Shown here in pieces: positions 27,176 to 36,080 of a DNA stretch of 59,939 bases; within the stretch, counting starts at the first letter, position 1; each line of letters starts with the position of its first letter. This DNA comes from a virus. Lineage: Duplodnaviria > Caudoviricetes. A model generated the notes under the pieces. It did not search any database. It saw nothing but the letters and a program-made list of their open reading frames with translations, and had not been told where the DNA came from. The translations under genes were made by a program, and so were the position numbers. The DNA is taken from positions 1 to 59,939 of the IMG/VR virus record IMGVR_UViG_3300032313_001910; one strand, written 5' to 3'.

Positions 27176-28166
27176 TGGACAAGACGGCAGCTATTTAGCC
27201 GAGCTTCTCTTAGAAAAGGGGTACGAGGTACACGGAACTATAAGAAGAACCTCCTCCTTTAATACCAAAAGAATTGATCACCTAAGGGAACATCCTAGGT
27301 TTAAATGGCATTATGCTGATATCACAGACCCTGTTTCTATTAGTAACCTGGTTTCTGATCTTCAGCCCGACGAATTTTACAATTTAGCTGCACAGAGTCA
27401 CGTCAAGATCTCTTTTGAAATACCTTATTATACTGGTCAAGTGGATGCTATTGGCACATTAAATGTCCTAGAAGCAATTAGAACACATTCTCCGAAAACC
27501 AAACTCTATCAAGCATCTACCTCAGAGCTTTATGGTAAAGTACAAGAAATTCCACAGAATGAGAAAACTCCTTTTTATCCAAGATCTCCATATGGGGTTG
27601 CTAAGCTTTATGGATTTTGGATAATTAAAAACTATAGAGAAGCATATAATCTGTTTGCTTGTAACGGTATTCTTTTCAATCATACATCTCCAAGAAGGGG
27701 TGAGAATTTTGTTGAGAAGAAGATAGTAGATTCACTAGTTGATATTATTTACAACAAGAAGATAAAATCGTTTTCTTTAGGTAACCTCAACTCTCAGAGA
27801 GATATTGGACACGCCAAAGAATACGTTGAAGGAATGTGGAGGATACTTCAACAGGAAACCCCTGATGACTTTGTTCTTTCTACTGGAATTACCTATACTA
27901 TTAGATCTATTGTTGAAATGACTGCTTCTATTTTAGGTGTACATATAGTATGGGATGGTGAAGGATTAAACGAGGTGGGAAAAAATAAAGAAACAGGGGA
28001 AGTTATTGTTACGATTGATGAAAAATATTTTAGACCCTCAGAGGTTGATCTATTAATGGGGGATCCAGAAAAAGCTGAGTCTATATTAGGATGGAAAGCT
28101 AATATGGGACTTCATGAGATATTGGATGAGATGGTTAGATCTAAAATAAGTGAAAATGTACATTGA
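27147..28166 (+). CDS. gmd: GDP-mannose 4,6-dehydratase
   Basis: [70 protein letters not shown]. Start set at ATG 27147. Confidence 0.95.
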   Translation: [339 protein letters not shown]

Positions 28167-28734
28167 GTTACTTCTTAAAGAGATACACTATATTTCTAAA
28201 ATTCCATTAGATAAGATTGAATTTTTCGTAGAGCTTTTGCATTCGGTCATTTCTAAAAATAGCAGAATAATTTGTTCTGGTATGGGAAAAGCCGGTCAGA
28301 TAGCACACACATTTTCCACTACGTTAAGCTCTACCGGTACACCTTCTTACTTTTTACATCCATCAGAATCACAGCATGGGGATCTAGGTATTATCTGTCC
28401 AGATGATATTCTTATAGTATTTTCAAATTCGGGAAAAACTAGAGAGGTGCTAGAATTGATTAATTTATCTAAAAATCTTCATCCTGATTTAAGAATACTT
28501 TGTATATTTGGAGAATCTAACGATGAGGTAGAGTCTAAAACTTCTTTGGTTCTACAATTTGGTCCAGTTGAAGAAATATGCCCTTTGGGATTAACACCAA
28601 CAACCTCAACAACTTGTATGTCTGTTATATGTGATTTGATAGTTGTTGGTCTAATGAATAAAAGTAATTTTACTAAAGAAGAATATGCAAAAAGACACCA
28701 TGGTGGATATTTGGGGGAAAAATCGAAATCATAA
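28150..28734 (+). CDS. SIS-domain sugar-phosphate isomerase, KdsD/GutQ-like, without CBS domains
   Basis: SGMGKAGQIA..STTLSSTGTPSYFLHPSE.QHGDLG, SNSGKTRE, EICPLGLTPTTST, HHGGYLG. Confidence 0.85.
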   Translation: MKMYIELLLKEIHYISKIPLDKIEFFVELLHSVISKNSRIICSGMGKAGQIAHTFSTTLSSTGTPSYFLHPSESQHGDLGIICPDDILIVFSNSGKTREVLELINLSKNLHPDLRILCIFGESNDEVESKTSLVLQFGPVEEICPLGLTPTTSTTCMSVICDLIVVGLMNKSNFTKEEYAKRHHGGYLGEKSKS

Positions 28735-28741
28735 AGAGAAT

Positions 28742-29461
28742 ATGTCACAGTCGCCAAAAGCTGATATTGTTATTATAAGCTATTCCAAAGATGAATTCTG
28801 TCGAAAGACAACAGAGGAATGTTTAAGGTCTTTACTCCTTTCTGAAAAGGATTCGGAAACCCTTTTTAATGTGATCGTGATAGAATCACAAGAAGGTGTT
28901 TCGTGGGCCGAAATTTTTCCAAACGTTAAAACACATTTTGCACCCCTTCCATATGGTTATCACAAATTCTTAAACTATGGGAGAAAAAAAGGAGTCTCTG
29001 AATGGGTAGCTTTATGTAATAATGATCTTTTATTTTCCCCACGGTGGTTCACAAAAATACTAAAGGCCAGTGAGGAAAACCCAGATTGTCTTTCCTTTTC
29101 CCCCCTTTGTCCATTAACACAGACACAATACGGGATTAATCCGAATACGGGCTTTCATAAAGGACACGGGATAAGAAGAGAAATTTCCGGTTGGTGCATA
29201 GTACAAAAGAGAGAGATCTATGATAAGATAGGAGACCTTGATGAAAGATTTTTCCATTGGTTCTGTGATAATGACTATGCTATGACCTTACAATCATTAG
29301 ATCTCGAACATATTCTTGTGAGCGAGTCTATCGTGTTACATCACGAAAAAAACATAGGAAAAACAACAGAAAGGGTGGTGGAAACAAAAGAGGAAATGGA
29401 TAAATTAACTACTGGATCACAGCCAATCTTTCAAGAAAAATGGAAAAATTATTTAAAATGA
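28742..29461 (+). CDS. GT2-family glycosyltransferase
   Basis: DIVIISY, LNYG, ALCNNDLLF, GDLDERFFHWFCDNDY, VLHH. Start set at ATG 28742. Confidence 0.8.
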   Translation: MSQSPKADIVIISYSKDEFCRKTTEECLRSLLLSEKDSETLFNVIVIESQEGVSWAEIFPNVKTHFAPLPYGYHKFLNYGRKKGVSEWVALCNNDLLFSPRWFTKILKASEENPDCLSFSPLCPLTQTQYGINPNTGFHKGHGIRREISGWCIVQKREIYDKIGDLDERFFHWFCDNDYAMTLQSLDLEHILVSESIVLHHEKNIGKTTERVVETKEEMDKLTTGSQPIFQEKWKNYLK

Positions 29462-30081
29462 AAAGATACGATATTATTAACAAAATTATAGTCTCTAAGG
29501 GTTATAAAAATTATTTAGAGATAGGGGTCAGGGGCGGAGAATGTTTTCAGAAGATTGCCTGTGAAAATAAATTAGGAGTGGACCCAGTAAAGATTAGCGA
29601 ATCTACAACTCATGAAATGTCTTCTGATGATTTTTTTGCTTCTCTAAACGAAGACACTAAATTTGATTGTGTTTTTATAGATGGGTTACACCTAGATGAA
29701 CAGGTCTATCGGGACATAGAAAACTCTTTAAAATTTTTAAGTGAGGATGGGGTTATTTTACTACACGATTGTAATCCTCCTACAAAATTTCATGCAGGAG
29801 AGACTCCTGTATATGGCCCGCCAGCTAATGGTGACTGGAACGGGACGGTTTATTTAGCCCTGATAAAATTAAGGCTTTATAAGGCAGATCTTTGTCTAAC
29901 CACCATAGATACAGATTGGGGAGTAGGTATAATTAGGAAATCTCCCTCGGAAACACTTGATGTTTTTCCGAACGATGCTCTTAATTGGGATTTCTTCAAA
30001 GAAAATAAAAAACAAATTCTTAATCTTATCGCCGTAGAAGAATTCGACCGAGATTTTAATTTTATATTGGGATTGAAATAA
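29458..30081 (+). CDS. Class I SAM methyltransferase (Methyltransf_24-like)
   Basis: YLEIGV, GVDP, SDDFF, FIDGLH, ILLHDCNP, WNGTVY, DTDWGVG. Start set at ATG 29458. Confidence 0.85.
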   Translation: MKRYDIINKIIVSKGYKNYLEIGVRGGECFQKIACENKLGVDPVKISESTTHEMSSDDFFASLNEDTKFDCVFIDGLHLDEQVYRDIENSLKFLSEDGVILLHDCNPPTKFHAGETPVYGPPANGDWNGTVYLALIKLRLYKADLCLTTIDTDWGVGIIRKSPSETLDVFPNDALNWDFFKENKKQILNLIAVEEFDRDFNFILGLK

Positions 30082-30110
30082 TTTCTACTTTTTATCTATA
30101 AATATAAATT

Positions 30111-30362
30111 ATGATCACAAAAGGACAAAAAATAATATGCTCTAATCCTAAAGGAACTTCTGCGGTGGAATTAAAGTTTCACAGTGATCCAGTTTTGGAT
30201 AATATAGTGATTGTAAATAGCCTTAAGAGTAAAAAATACAATGACACGTGGATAATACGAGAAGATATAGAGTCGTGGATTTCTAAACTTAGACAGGAAG
30301 GCTACACAGAAATAAAAATAGAAGAAGATGTGGAACCTTCTCAGAAAAATAAGAAGAAATAA
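30111..30362 (+). CDS. Hypothetical protein
   Basis: ORF in a co-directional run, with an AT-rich leader. Confidence 0.55.
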   Translation: MITKGQKIICSNPKGTSAVELKFHSDPVLDNIVIVNSLKSKKYNDTWIIREDIESWISKLRQEGYTEIKIEEDVEPSQKNKKK

Positions 30363-30366
30363 AAAA

Positions 30367-30972
30367 ATGGATAATTTTCAAACCGAAATAGATTTAGAAC
30401 AACTCGATTCGGAATTAAAATATTTCGTATACAAGTGGACTAAAGGAGAAAACTCAGGCACTGTTTGTGAATATGATAAGGTTTTTAAAGAACCCACAAC
30501 AGGAACGATCTGGATTAATTTTAAAGACGGATCTAGGATAAATTACATTCTTTTAGATGAATTTATGCTTAGGCTGGAACCTTCCCAGTTGCAACAAAAT
30601 AAGGCTTTGCCCGCATCTCCTGTTTATAATACTCCTACAAGTCCCGGTAGAAACGTCATGTTATCGGAAGAAACGAGATCCATTCAATATACGGAATCTA
30701 ATCCCATTGTTTCCCTACTGGAAAAGCAAAAACCAAACTGGATAGAAGTTGGGATAAAATTAAAGCTTAATCTTCCAACTAAAAGCTTGTATAGTGTCCT
30801 TAGCGGTTCTTTTGATGACGCAGAAGAGGAAATTATAGAGTTTGTTGTTAAAGATCTTGATATTGAGTTGGTTAAGCAGAGCTTGCGTAATCAAATTAAA
30901 GAGATATATAAGGGTGATGGAACCATTAGAAAAACGAGAGGAAACATCTCTACACAAGAAGAAGAATATTGA
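30367..30972 (+). CDS. Hypothetical protein
   Basis: ATG 30367 follows the upstream stop; YKWTKGE and NPIVSLLEKQK motifs. Confidence 0.65.
   Translation: MDNFQTEIDLEQLDSELKYFVYKWTKGENSGTVCEYDKVFKEPTTGTIWINFKDGSRINYILLDEFMLRLEPSQLQQNKALPASPVYNTPTSPGRNVMLSEETRSIQYTESNPIVSLLEKQKPNWIEVGIKLKLNLPTKSLYSVLSGSFDDAEEEIIEFVVKDLDIELVKQSLRNQIKEIYKGDGTIRKTRGNISTQEEEY
30903..30910 (+). promoter_or_regulatory. Putative late promoter GATATATA embedded in the upstream CDS
   Basis: 6 nt before in-frame ATG 30917 of the Nudix gene. Confidence 0.5.
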
Positions 30973-31477
30973 GGTTGTTGAAATCGACAACAGACTATTC
31001 GTTAAGCAAATTAATCCAGGAGTTATTATTCTTCCGTATACCCAAGATGATGAAAAAATTCCTATTGAGATAGGAATATTGAACGAGATTTCAGATTCTA
31101 GAGCAGGAGGCATGACAAAAACATTAATTACTGGAACCCCTGATGATGACGACGATAACATTTTTCAGACTGCGGTTAGAGAATTAAAAGAAGAATCTGG
31201 GTTCGAAGTAACTGATCTTAAAAGATGGAAGTTCTTGGGAACTATTTATACTTCTAAATTAGTTGTTAATCCTAATCCATGTTTTGCAGTTAATATCACT
31301 TCGCTTGTTGCAAACGAAAAAGAAACAGACGGGTCACAAGACGAAGAAGATTCAAAATTTGAACTGATAAGTGTTTCTGAAGCATTAGAAATAGACGATG
31401 CTTTAGTTTCTGCTCTTTTCATTAAATGTTTCAAAGATTTATTTATCAAAAAAACAGAACAAAATGAGATTGCCTAA
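30917..31477 (+). CDS. Nudix hydrolase
   Basis: Nudix-box variant GTPDDDDDNIFQTAVRELKEESGF; VIILPY; FLG. Confidence 0.8.
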   Translation: MEPLEKREETSLHKKKNIEVVEIDNRLFVKQINPGVIILPYTQDDEKIPIEIGILNEISDSRAGGMTKTLITGTPDDDDDNIFQTAVRELKEESGFEVTDLKRWKFLGTIYTSKLVVNPNPCFAVNITSLVANEKETDGSQDEEDSKFELISVSEALEIDDALVSALFIKCFKDLFIKKTEQNEIA

Positions 31478-31649
31478 TAGAAAAGAAAGAAGAAAGCTTG
31501 TAAAAGAAATGGGCTTAACTAAGGGAAAAACCAAAAAAGAAAAAGAGGAGATCTCCCATAGAGCTAAAGCAGTTGGAAACTTAATTAGATTAAGAAATTT
31601 AACTGAACAGAGAAACACGAGTAAAAAATCTAAGGAACAGGAGACTTGA
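31464..31649 (+). CDS. Small basic hypothetical protein
   Basis: 61 aa, K/R-rich (NRKERRKLVKEMGL), coupled to both neighbours. Confidence 0.55.
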   Translation: MRLPNRKERRKLVKEMGLTKGKTKKEKEEISHRAKAVGNLIRLRNLTEQRNTSKKSKEQET

Positions 31650-31969
31650 AGGTTTTTTTAGTTGAAAAAATAGAAAGAATTAAAGAAGAAGATCTTTGTC
31701 CTAAAGATCCTATTAACATAGATGTGAATTCTTGGTTTAAAACCCACGGACTCACGCCAGGTGAGATGAATGGTGTAAGGCAATTCATTTTTGAGGACTG
31801 GATCACAAAAAAGGTGTCTTCTATCAAATTAAAAGAAGGGAACGAAACATTTGTTGTTATTGTTTATGAATCACCAAGCCCACATTTTTTATCATTTATC
31901 AAAGAGAAATTTTTAGAAGTTTTTGGACATGACTTTTATGATATAGTTTTAGTTGAGAATAAAAACTAA
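31646..31969 (+). CDS. Hypothetical protein
   Basis: TTG start overlapping the upstream TGA; fills the gap. Confidence 0.55.
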   Translation: MKVFLVEKIERIKEEDLCPKDPINIDVNSWFKTHGLTPGEMNGVRQFIFEDWITKKVSSIKLKEGNETFVVIVYESPSPHFLSFIKEKFLEVFGHDFYDIVLVENKN

Positions 31970-31977
31970 AATATATA
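31970..31977 (+). promoter_or_regulatory. Putative late promoter AATATATA
   Basis: 9 nt before ATG 31987, at the head of the baseplate operon. Confidence 0.6.
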
Positions 31978-31986
31978 TAAGAGAGT

Positions 31987-33834
31987 ATGCCAAATGATTT
32001 ACAAAATAGCCAAGGTGCTGTATCAGGAATTATTCTAGACTCTGACATCCAGAGGTTTGCTGGCGGTATTTTTGCAAATGAAGCCGATAAGACCTATGCC
32101 ACTTTCGAGGAGAGCGAATTAAAAGCACTCCCTAAAAGTTTATTTTATGATGGTGCAACATCCAGAGGACCTTATGAGGGCCTCTTTGCCTATTATGTTT
32201 TAGGTAAAAGTTCAGGAGGATCGGTTAAATACGCTCTTTCTGACAAACCAGAATATGTTTCAAAAATAACCTCAAAAGAATCTAGAAATCCCACTGCTCA
32301 ACAAATTATTTCTAGCGTTACTGCTTTGGGATCAACAGGGATACCAGCCTATGCGGATCCTTCTAGTCCTTATCGGGGGCAATTGTACAACGTTAAAGAT
32401 TTTATTTTTTGCAAGCACTATGGGGTCATTCCTAATAACAGAATGATAACATTAAGGAGATTTCCTTCCCCCACGTTGGATTCCTTAAGGACTATATCTC
32501 CCAGTGGAGCAAAGTATGATTATGTCATTGAAAATGGACAGATTGCAACAAAACCTGTTAATCAGGGGGACATTGGAAAATTATTAGATCCTACTGGTGA
32601 ATATAATTCAGTTCTACCTGTTGCTCAAGCGGTAACCTATTTTGGTGATGGAACAGGTAATAGTTTGAATACTATCCTTGGTATAAATACAGGGTTAAAT
32701 TTTAGTTATGAAGGGCAAACCCCAATGAAAAATGAAAAAACTGGGGATCCTGGACTCATGAATTCTCCTTTTGGTGATTTGATAAAAAGTTATTTAGCAA
32801 CAGGGACCACACAGATTAATCCTGATACGATAGATAATTTAGCAGGTGCTATAGTTAATCCACAGAAAAACCTGAATGCTTTAAAAAGAATGTACCTCGA
32901 TGCCGCTACGACAGGGGATGGACCACTTTCAAAAAAGATTTTTGTAAACGTTAATACAGTAGACCAGGTTTTAACTAGAAAGCAAGGATTTAATGGAGGT
33001 ACAGAAACATTTACTCTCAACTTTGATTATAACCTAACCTCTGTTGGTGATATGAATTCTAAACTTCTCTTTTTGGATTTGATGACCAACTTACTTTCAT
33101 TAGGTTCAGATTACGGAACTTTTCTGACACCTGAACTTAGATTGGAACAGAGCAATGTCGGTATAGGATTTCCTGGAGGAGCCGCTGGATATGCACAATC
33201 AATCACAGATCCAGTTCAATTCATTCAAAACCAGGTAACTGGTATGCTTTCTGGAGCAAATGTTCAAAAAATATTAGATGCAGAAAAAAATCTAAAAGCC
33301 GATATAGAAGGAGCCGTACAGGAGCTAAAAAACTTTGTTAATGATCCAGATAAAGGTATAAATAGAGATAGTAAATTGTACAAATCCCTGACTGTTTTGA
33401 TGACAGATGTCTTCCTAAAACAGATTTATTTTCAGCCGATTATGCTATCTGGATATCCTACAGGATCTTGGCATGTTGTGGTGGGAAACCCTTTGAACCC
33501 TATAGCAATGATGGGGAATTTAGTTTGTACCGGGATTAAGATAACTTTAGGAGAAGATTTAGGTCCCGACGATTTTCCAACAACAATGCAGGCTCAGTTC
33601 ACTCTCCAACCCGGAAGACAAAGACACAGAGGAGACTGGGAATCTATTTTTAATAGAGGCAACGGAAGATTATATCTTGGACAATTGGTGGAAGCTGGAG
33701 AATCCACTAATGCTTGGATCAACACTTCTGGAATACAGGTTAATGCAATCCAAAATAATCAAGGTGTATTACCCACAATAGGACAAAACATTTCAACAAC
33801 GGAAGGTAATACACCACCACAGGGAACCAGTTAA
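31987..33834 (+). CDS. Probable baseplate/tail structural protein
   Basis: First gene of the operon, before the gp53-like gene. Motifs DFIFCKHYGVIPNNRMITLRRF, WHVVVGNPLNPIAMMGNL and LGPDDFPT; exact homolog uncertain (possibly a tube-initiator fold). Confidence 0.5.
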   Translation: MPNDLQNSQGAVSGIILDSDIQRFAGGIFANEADKTYATFEESELKALPKSLFYDGATSRGPYEGLFAYYVLGKSSGGSVKYALSDKPEYVSKITSKESRNPTAQQIISSVTALGSTGIPAYADPSSPYRGQLYNVKDFIFCKHYGVIPNNRMITLRRFPSPTLDSLRTISPSGAKYDYVIENGQIATKPVNQGDIGKLLDPTGEYNSVLPVAQAVTYFGDGTGNSLNTILGINTGLNFSYEGQTPMKNEKTGDPGLMNSPFGDLIKSYLATGTTQINPDTIDNLAGAIVNPQKNLNALKRMYLDAATTGDGPLSKKIFVNVNTVDQVLTRKQGFNGGTETFTLNFDYNLTSVGDMNSKLLFLDLMTNLLSLGSDYGTFLTPELRLEQSNVGIGFPGGAAGYAQSITDPVQFIQNQVTGMLSGANVQKILDAEKNLKADIEGAVQELKNFVNDPDKGINRDSKLYKSLTVLMTDVFLKQIYFQPIMLSGYPTGSWHVVVGNPLNPIAMMGNLVCTGIKITLGEDLGPDDFPTTMQAQFTLQPGRQRHRGDWESIFNRGNGRLYLGQLVEAGESTNAWINTSGIQVNAIQNNQGVLPTIGQNISTTEGNTPPQGTS

Positions 33835-33836
33835 TT

Positions 33837-34442
33837 ATGTTAGCAATAGATGTCATAGAAAGCAAACCCTATTTCGTAAATCCAAAAACGAGACAGCAAT
33901 ATTTAGATTTAACTGTGGCCTCTTGGGACACAAGAAGAATACAATATCAGTTAAAAAATATTGCTATTGTGACTGAGGAGACTGAAGGGAGACCGGATCT
34001 TTTAGGTATGCTTTATTCAGGGGATCAAGGAAAGATGGGTACAATTTTAAAACTTAATAATATTTCAAATCCGTTAAGTTTAAAAATAAATGAACTTTTA
34101 CTTATTCCCAGTGATAAAATGACAAAGGATCTTTTTAAATCAGGACAAAAACTAACAGATCAAAAACAAAAGGCCAAAACTTTTAGAAAAGAACTACAGG
34201 AAAAAATATCACAGGTGAGTGCAGATAGACTAGAATACTTAAATGCTAGAAACATTTCTAATATATCCGAAGCACCTCTTCCACCTAACCTTTTACAGGA
34301 AGGAGAACAACAAATTCTAGTAGAGGATGGAAAATTAATTTTTGGACCTAATATAGGTCAATGTAGAAATAAACCAAGAAGGAACGTTTCGGTTACTGAC
34401 ATAAAAACAAAATTAGCACAAAAGAACATTTTTAGAAGATAA
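33837..34442 (+). CDS. Baseplate wedge protein, gp53/LysM-like
   Basis: IVTEETEGRPDLLGMLYSG....TILKLNNISNPLSLKINELLLIP matches the gp53/LysM-type pattern. Confidence 0.7.
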   Translation: MLAIDVIESKPYFVNPKTRQQYLDLTVASWDTRRIQYQLKNIAIVTEETEGRPDLLGMLYSGDQGKMGTILKLNNISNPLSLKINELLLIPSDKMTKDLFKSGQKLTDQKQKAKTFRKELQEKISQVSADRLEYLNARNISNISEAPLPPNLLQEGEQQILVEDGKLIFGPNIGQCRNKPRRNVSVTDIKTKLAQKNIFRR

Positions 34443-34445
34443 GTC

Positions 34446-36071
34446 ATGGCAGAATTTAATCTTAGAAAAGCAATACTTCAATATAGAAATCCTGACATTC
34501 AGTTGGACGAACTTTCTGCGATCGATACTTCTGTACAAAAGGGCGATTCTAAAGTCACTGACGAACAATCAAACAACATCCAAAAGAAATATTACGGGAT
34601 GTTGGAACCAGTGATTAAGGTTAATAATACTGTTGTTTCTGGATTAACATATTTTCAATTAAATTTAACTGAGTTTAAACCCACCTTAATATTTAGGTTT
34701 AATACCATCGACGAAAGGTTCATTTACACATCTTTTCCTAAAGATGGCGATATTGCTTCTATTTATATCAGGGCTTTCGGGGAGATGTTTAAACCCATAA
34801 GGATGGATTTTATAATAACTGGAGTTATATCCCCCTTTTCTAAAGGTGTTATGACACAGCAGCCGTATGATTTAGATTCTTCCTCCGGTGAATATCAAAC
34901 ATATACGATATTTGGTGAGGTTAGAATCCCTAAATTGTATAAGCACATTTCTAAGGTTTATGAAGGAACTAGTTCAGAAACACTACTTAAAATAGCAGAA
35001 GAACTGGGATTAGGATTCGCTGCTAACGAGGTTAAAACAGTAGACCGAATGAAATGGATTTCTCCTAATATTGATTACGAAACACTAATAAAACAAATTG
35101 TTAATTCCTCTTGGTTGGGTGAGGAAGATTATTTTGATTGTTGGATAGACCAATATTACAACATTAATTTTGTTAACCTTAAAAAACAGTTTGATGAGCA
35201 GAATGATGTGATAGAAACTATGAGAGTTGCTTATGGACCAGACGAGTTTCCTGATGTTGCTCCTGGTGCAGACACTCTAGAAGTTGAATTTCCTTTAGTC
35301 TTAACTAATGCAACCAATGTCTCTAAATCACCCTTATTTATTACCGCTATTTCATTAGAAAATAATGCGGGAAAGATTAATAACGAATTTGGATATTTTC
35401 AAACATTACAATTTTACGACGATACTCTTAAATCAGATAAACCTAAAAATAAATTTGTAGCTTATAATCTTGAAGCAGTTACCAATAAAAATCTTGGATC
35501 TAGGGACGTATTAAATAAGGGAAGGCTAGGAGAGGATATTTATAAAGAGGAGATCAAAAAAACATATGTAGGAACAGTATATTTCGATAATGTTCACGCT
35601 AACTTTCAACAGGCACAGGTTCAAAATATATTAAATAGAAGTGACAGCTATAAAATTCTTTTAAAGGTTAGAAATAGAAAATGGACTCCTTTTTTATACA
35701 GGGGTCAAAATTTCCCTGTTACAATTTTTCATTTTTCTAGTAACACTATTTCAGGAGATTCTAAATACACCGCAGCTAAAGGTGAGGAAACATCTTTGGC
35801 TAATTCACCCGATCAAAAAACACCAAATATATTTCTTTCTGGAAATTATGTTGTCTTGGGGTTCTCTATAGAGTATAATAATAAAGACGGAATGTATCAA
35901 TCTTTATTGTTAGGCAAGAAACAATGGGCACTTAACCCTGGGCTTTCTTCCGATCCTGAAACACTTAACCCTAGAGTTGATGATCCTAACTTCAATGATC
36001 TTGTTGCTAATGCTTCATCAGAAGTTACAGATTCACTAGGGCAAATAAAGAACGATATATTTGGAAATTAA
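34446..36071 (+). CDS. Probable baseplate hub protein (gp27/gpD-like)
   Basis: Lies between the gp53-like and gp5-like genes; TLLKIAEELGLGFA, WIDQYYNINF, LSGNYVVLGFSIEY. Confidence 0.55.
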   Translation: MAEFNLRKAILQYRNPDIQLDELSAIDTSVQKGDSKVTDEQSNNIQKKYYGMLEPVIKVNNTVVSGLTYFQLNLTEFKPTLIFRFNTIDERFIYTSFPKDGDIASIYIRAFGEMFKPIRMDFIITGVISPFSKGVMTQQPYDLDSSSGEYQTYTIFGEVRIPKLYKHISKVYEGTSSETLLKIAEELGLGFAANEVKTVDRMKWISPNIDYETLIKQIVNSSWLGEEDYFDCWIDQYYNINFVNLKKQFDEQNDVIETMRVAYGPDEFPDVAPGADTLEVEFPLVLTNATNVSKSPLFITAISLENNAGKINNEFGYFQTLQFYDDTLKSDKPKNKFVAYNLEAVTNKNLGSRDVLNKGRLGEDIYKEEIKKTYVGTVYFDNVHANFQQAQVQNILNRSDSYKILLKVRNRKWTPFLYRGQNFPVTIFHFSSNTISGDSKYTAAKGEETSLANSPDQKTPNIFLSGNYVVLGFSIEYNNKDGMYQSLLLGKKQWALNPGLSSDPETLNPRVDDPNFNDLVANASSEVTDSLGQIKNDIFGN

Positions 36072-36080
36072 TAAAAAAGA

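Noticed and set aside
14921-30081. Glycan cluster as bacterial chromosomal DNA (chimeric assembly or prophage boundary)
   Set aside because: It is flanked on both sides by phage genes, overlaps the HNH gene, and lacks the membrane export and polymerase genes of cellular loci; read coverage would confirm.
31464-31649. Small basic ORF as ribosomal protein bS21
   Set aside because: Size and charge fit, but the bS21 pattern (ALRRFK..., YEKPS) is absent.
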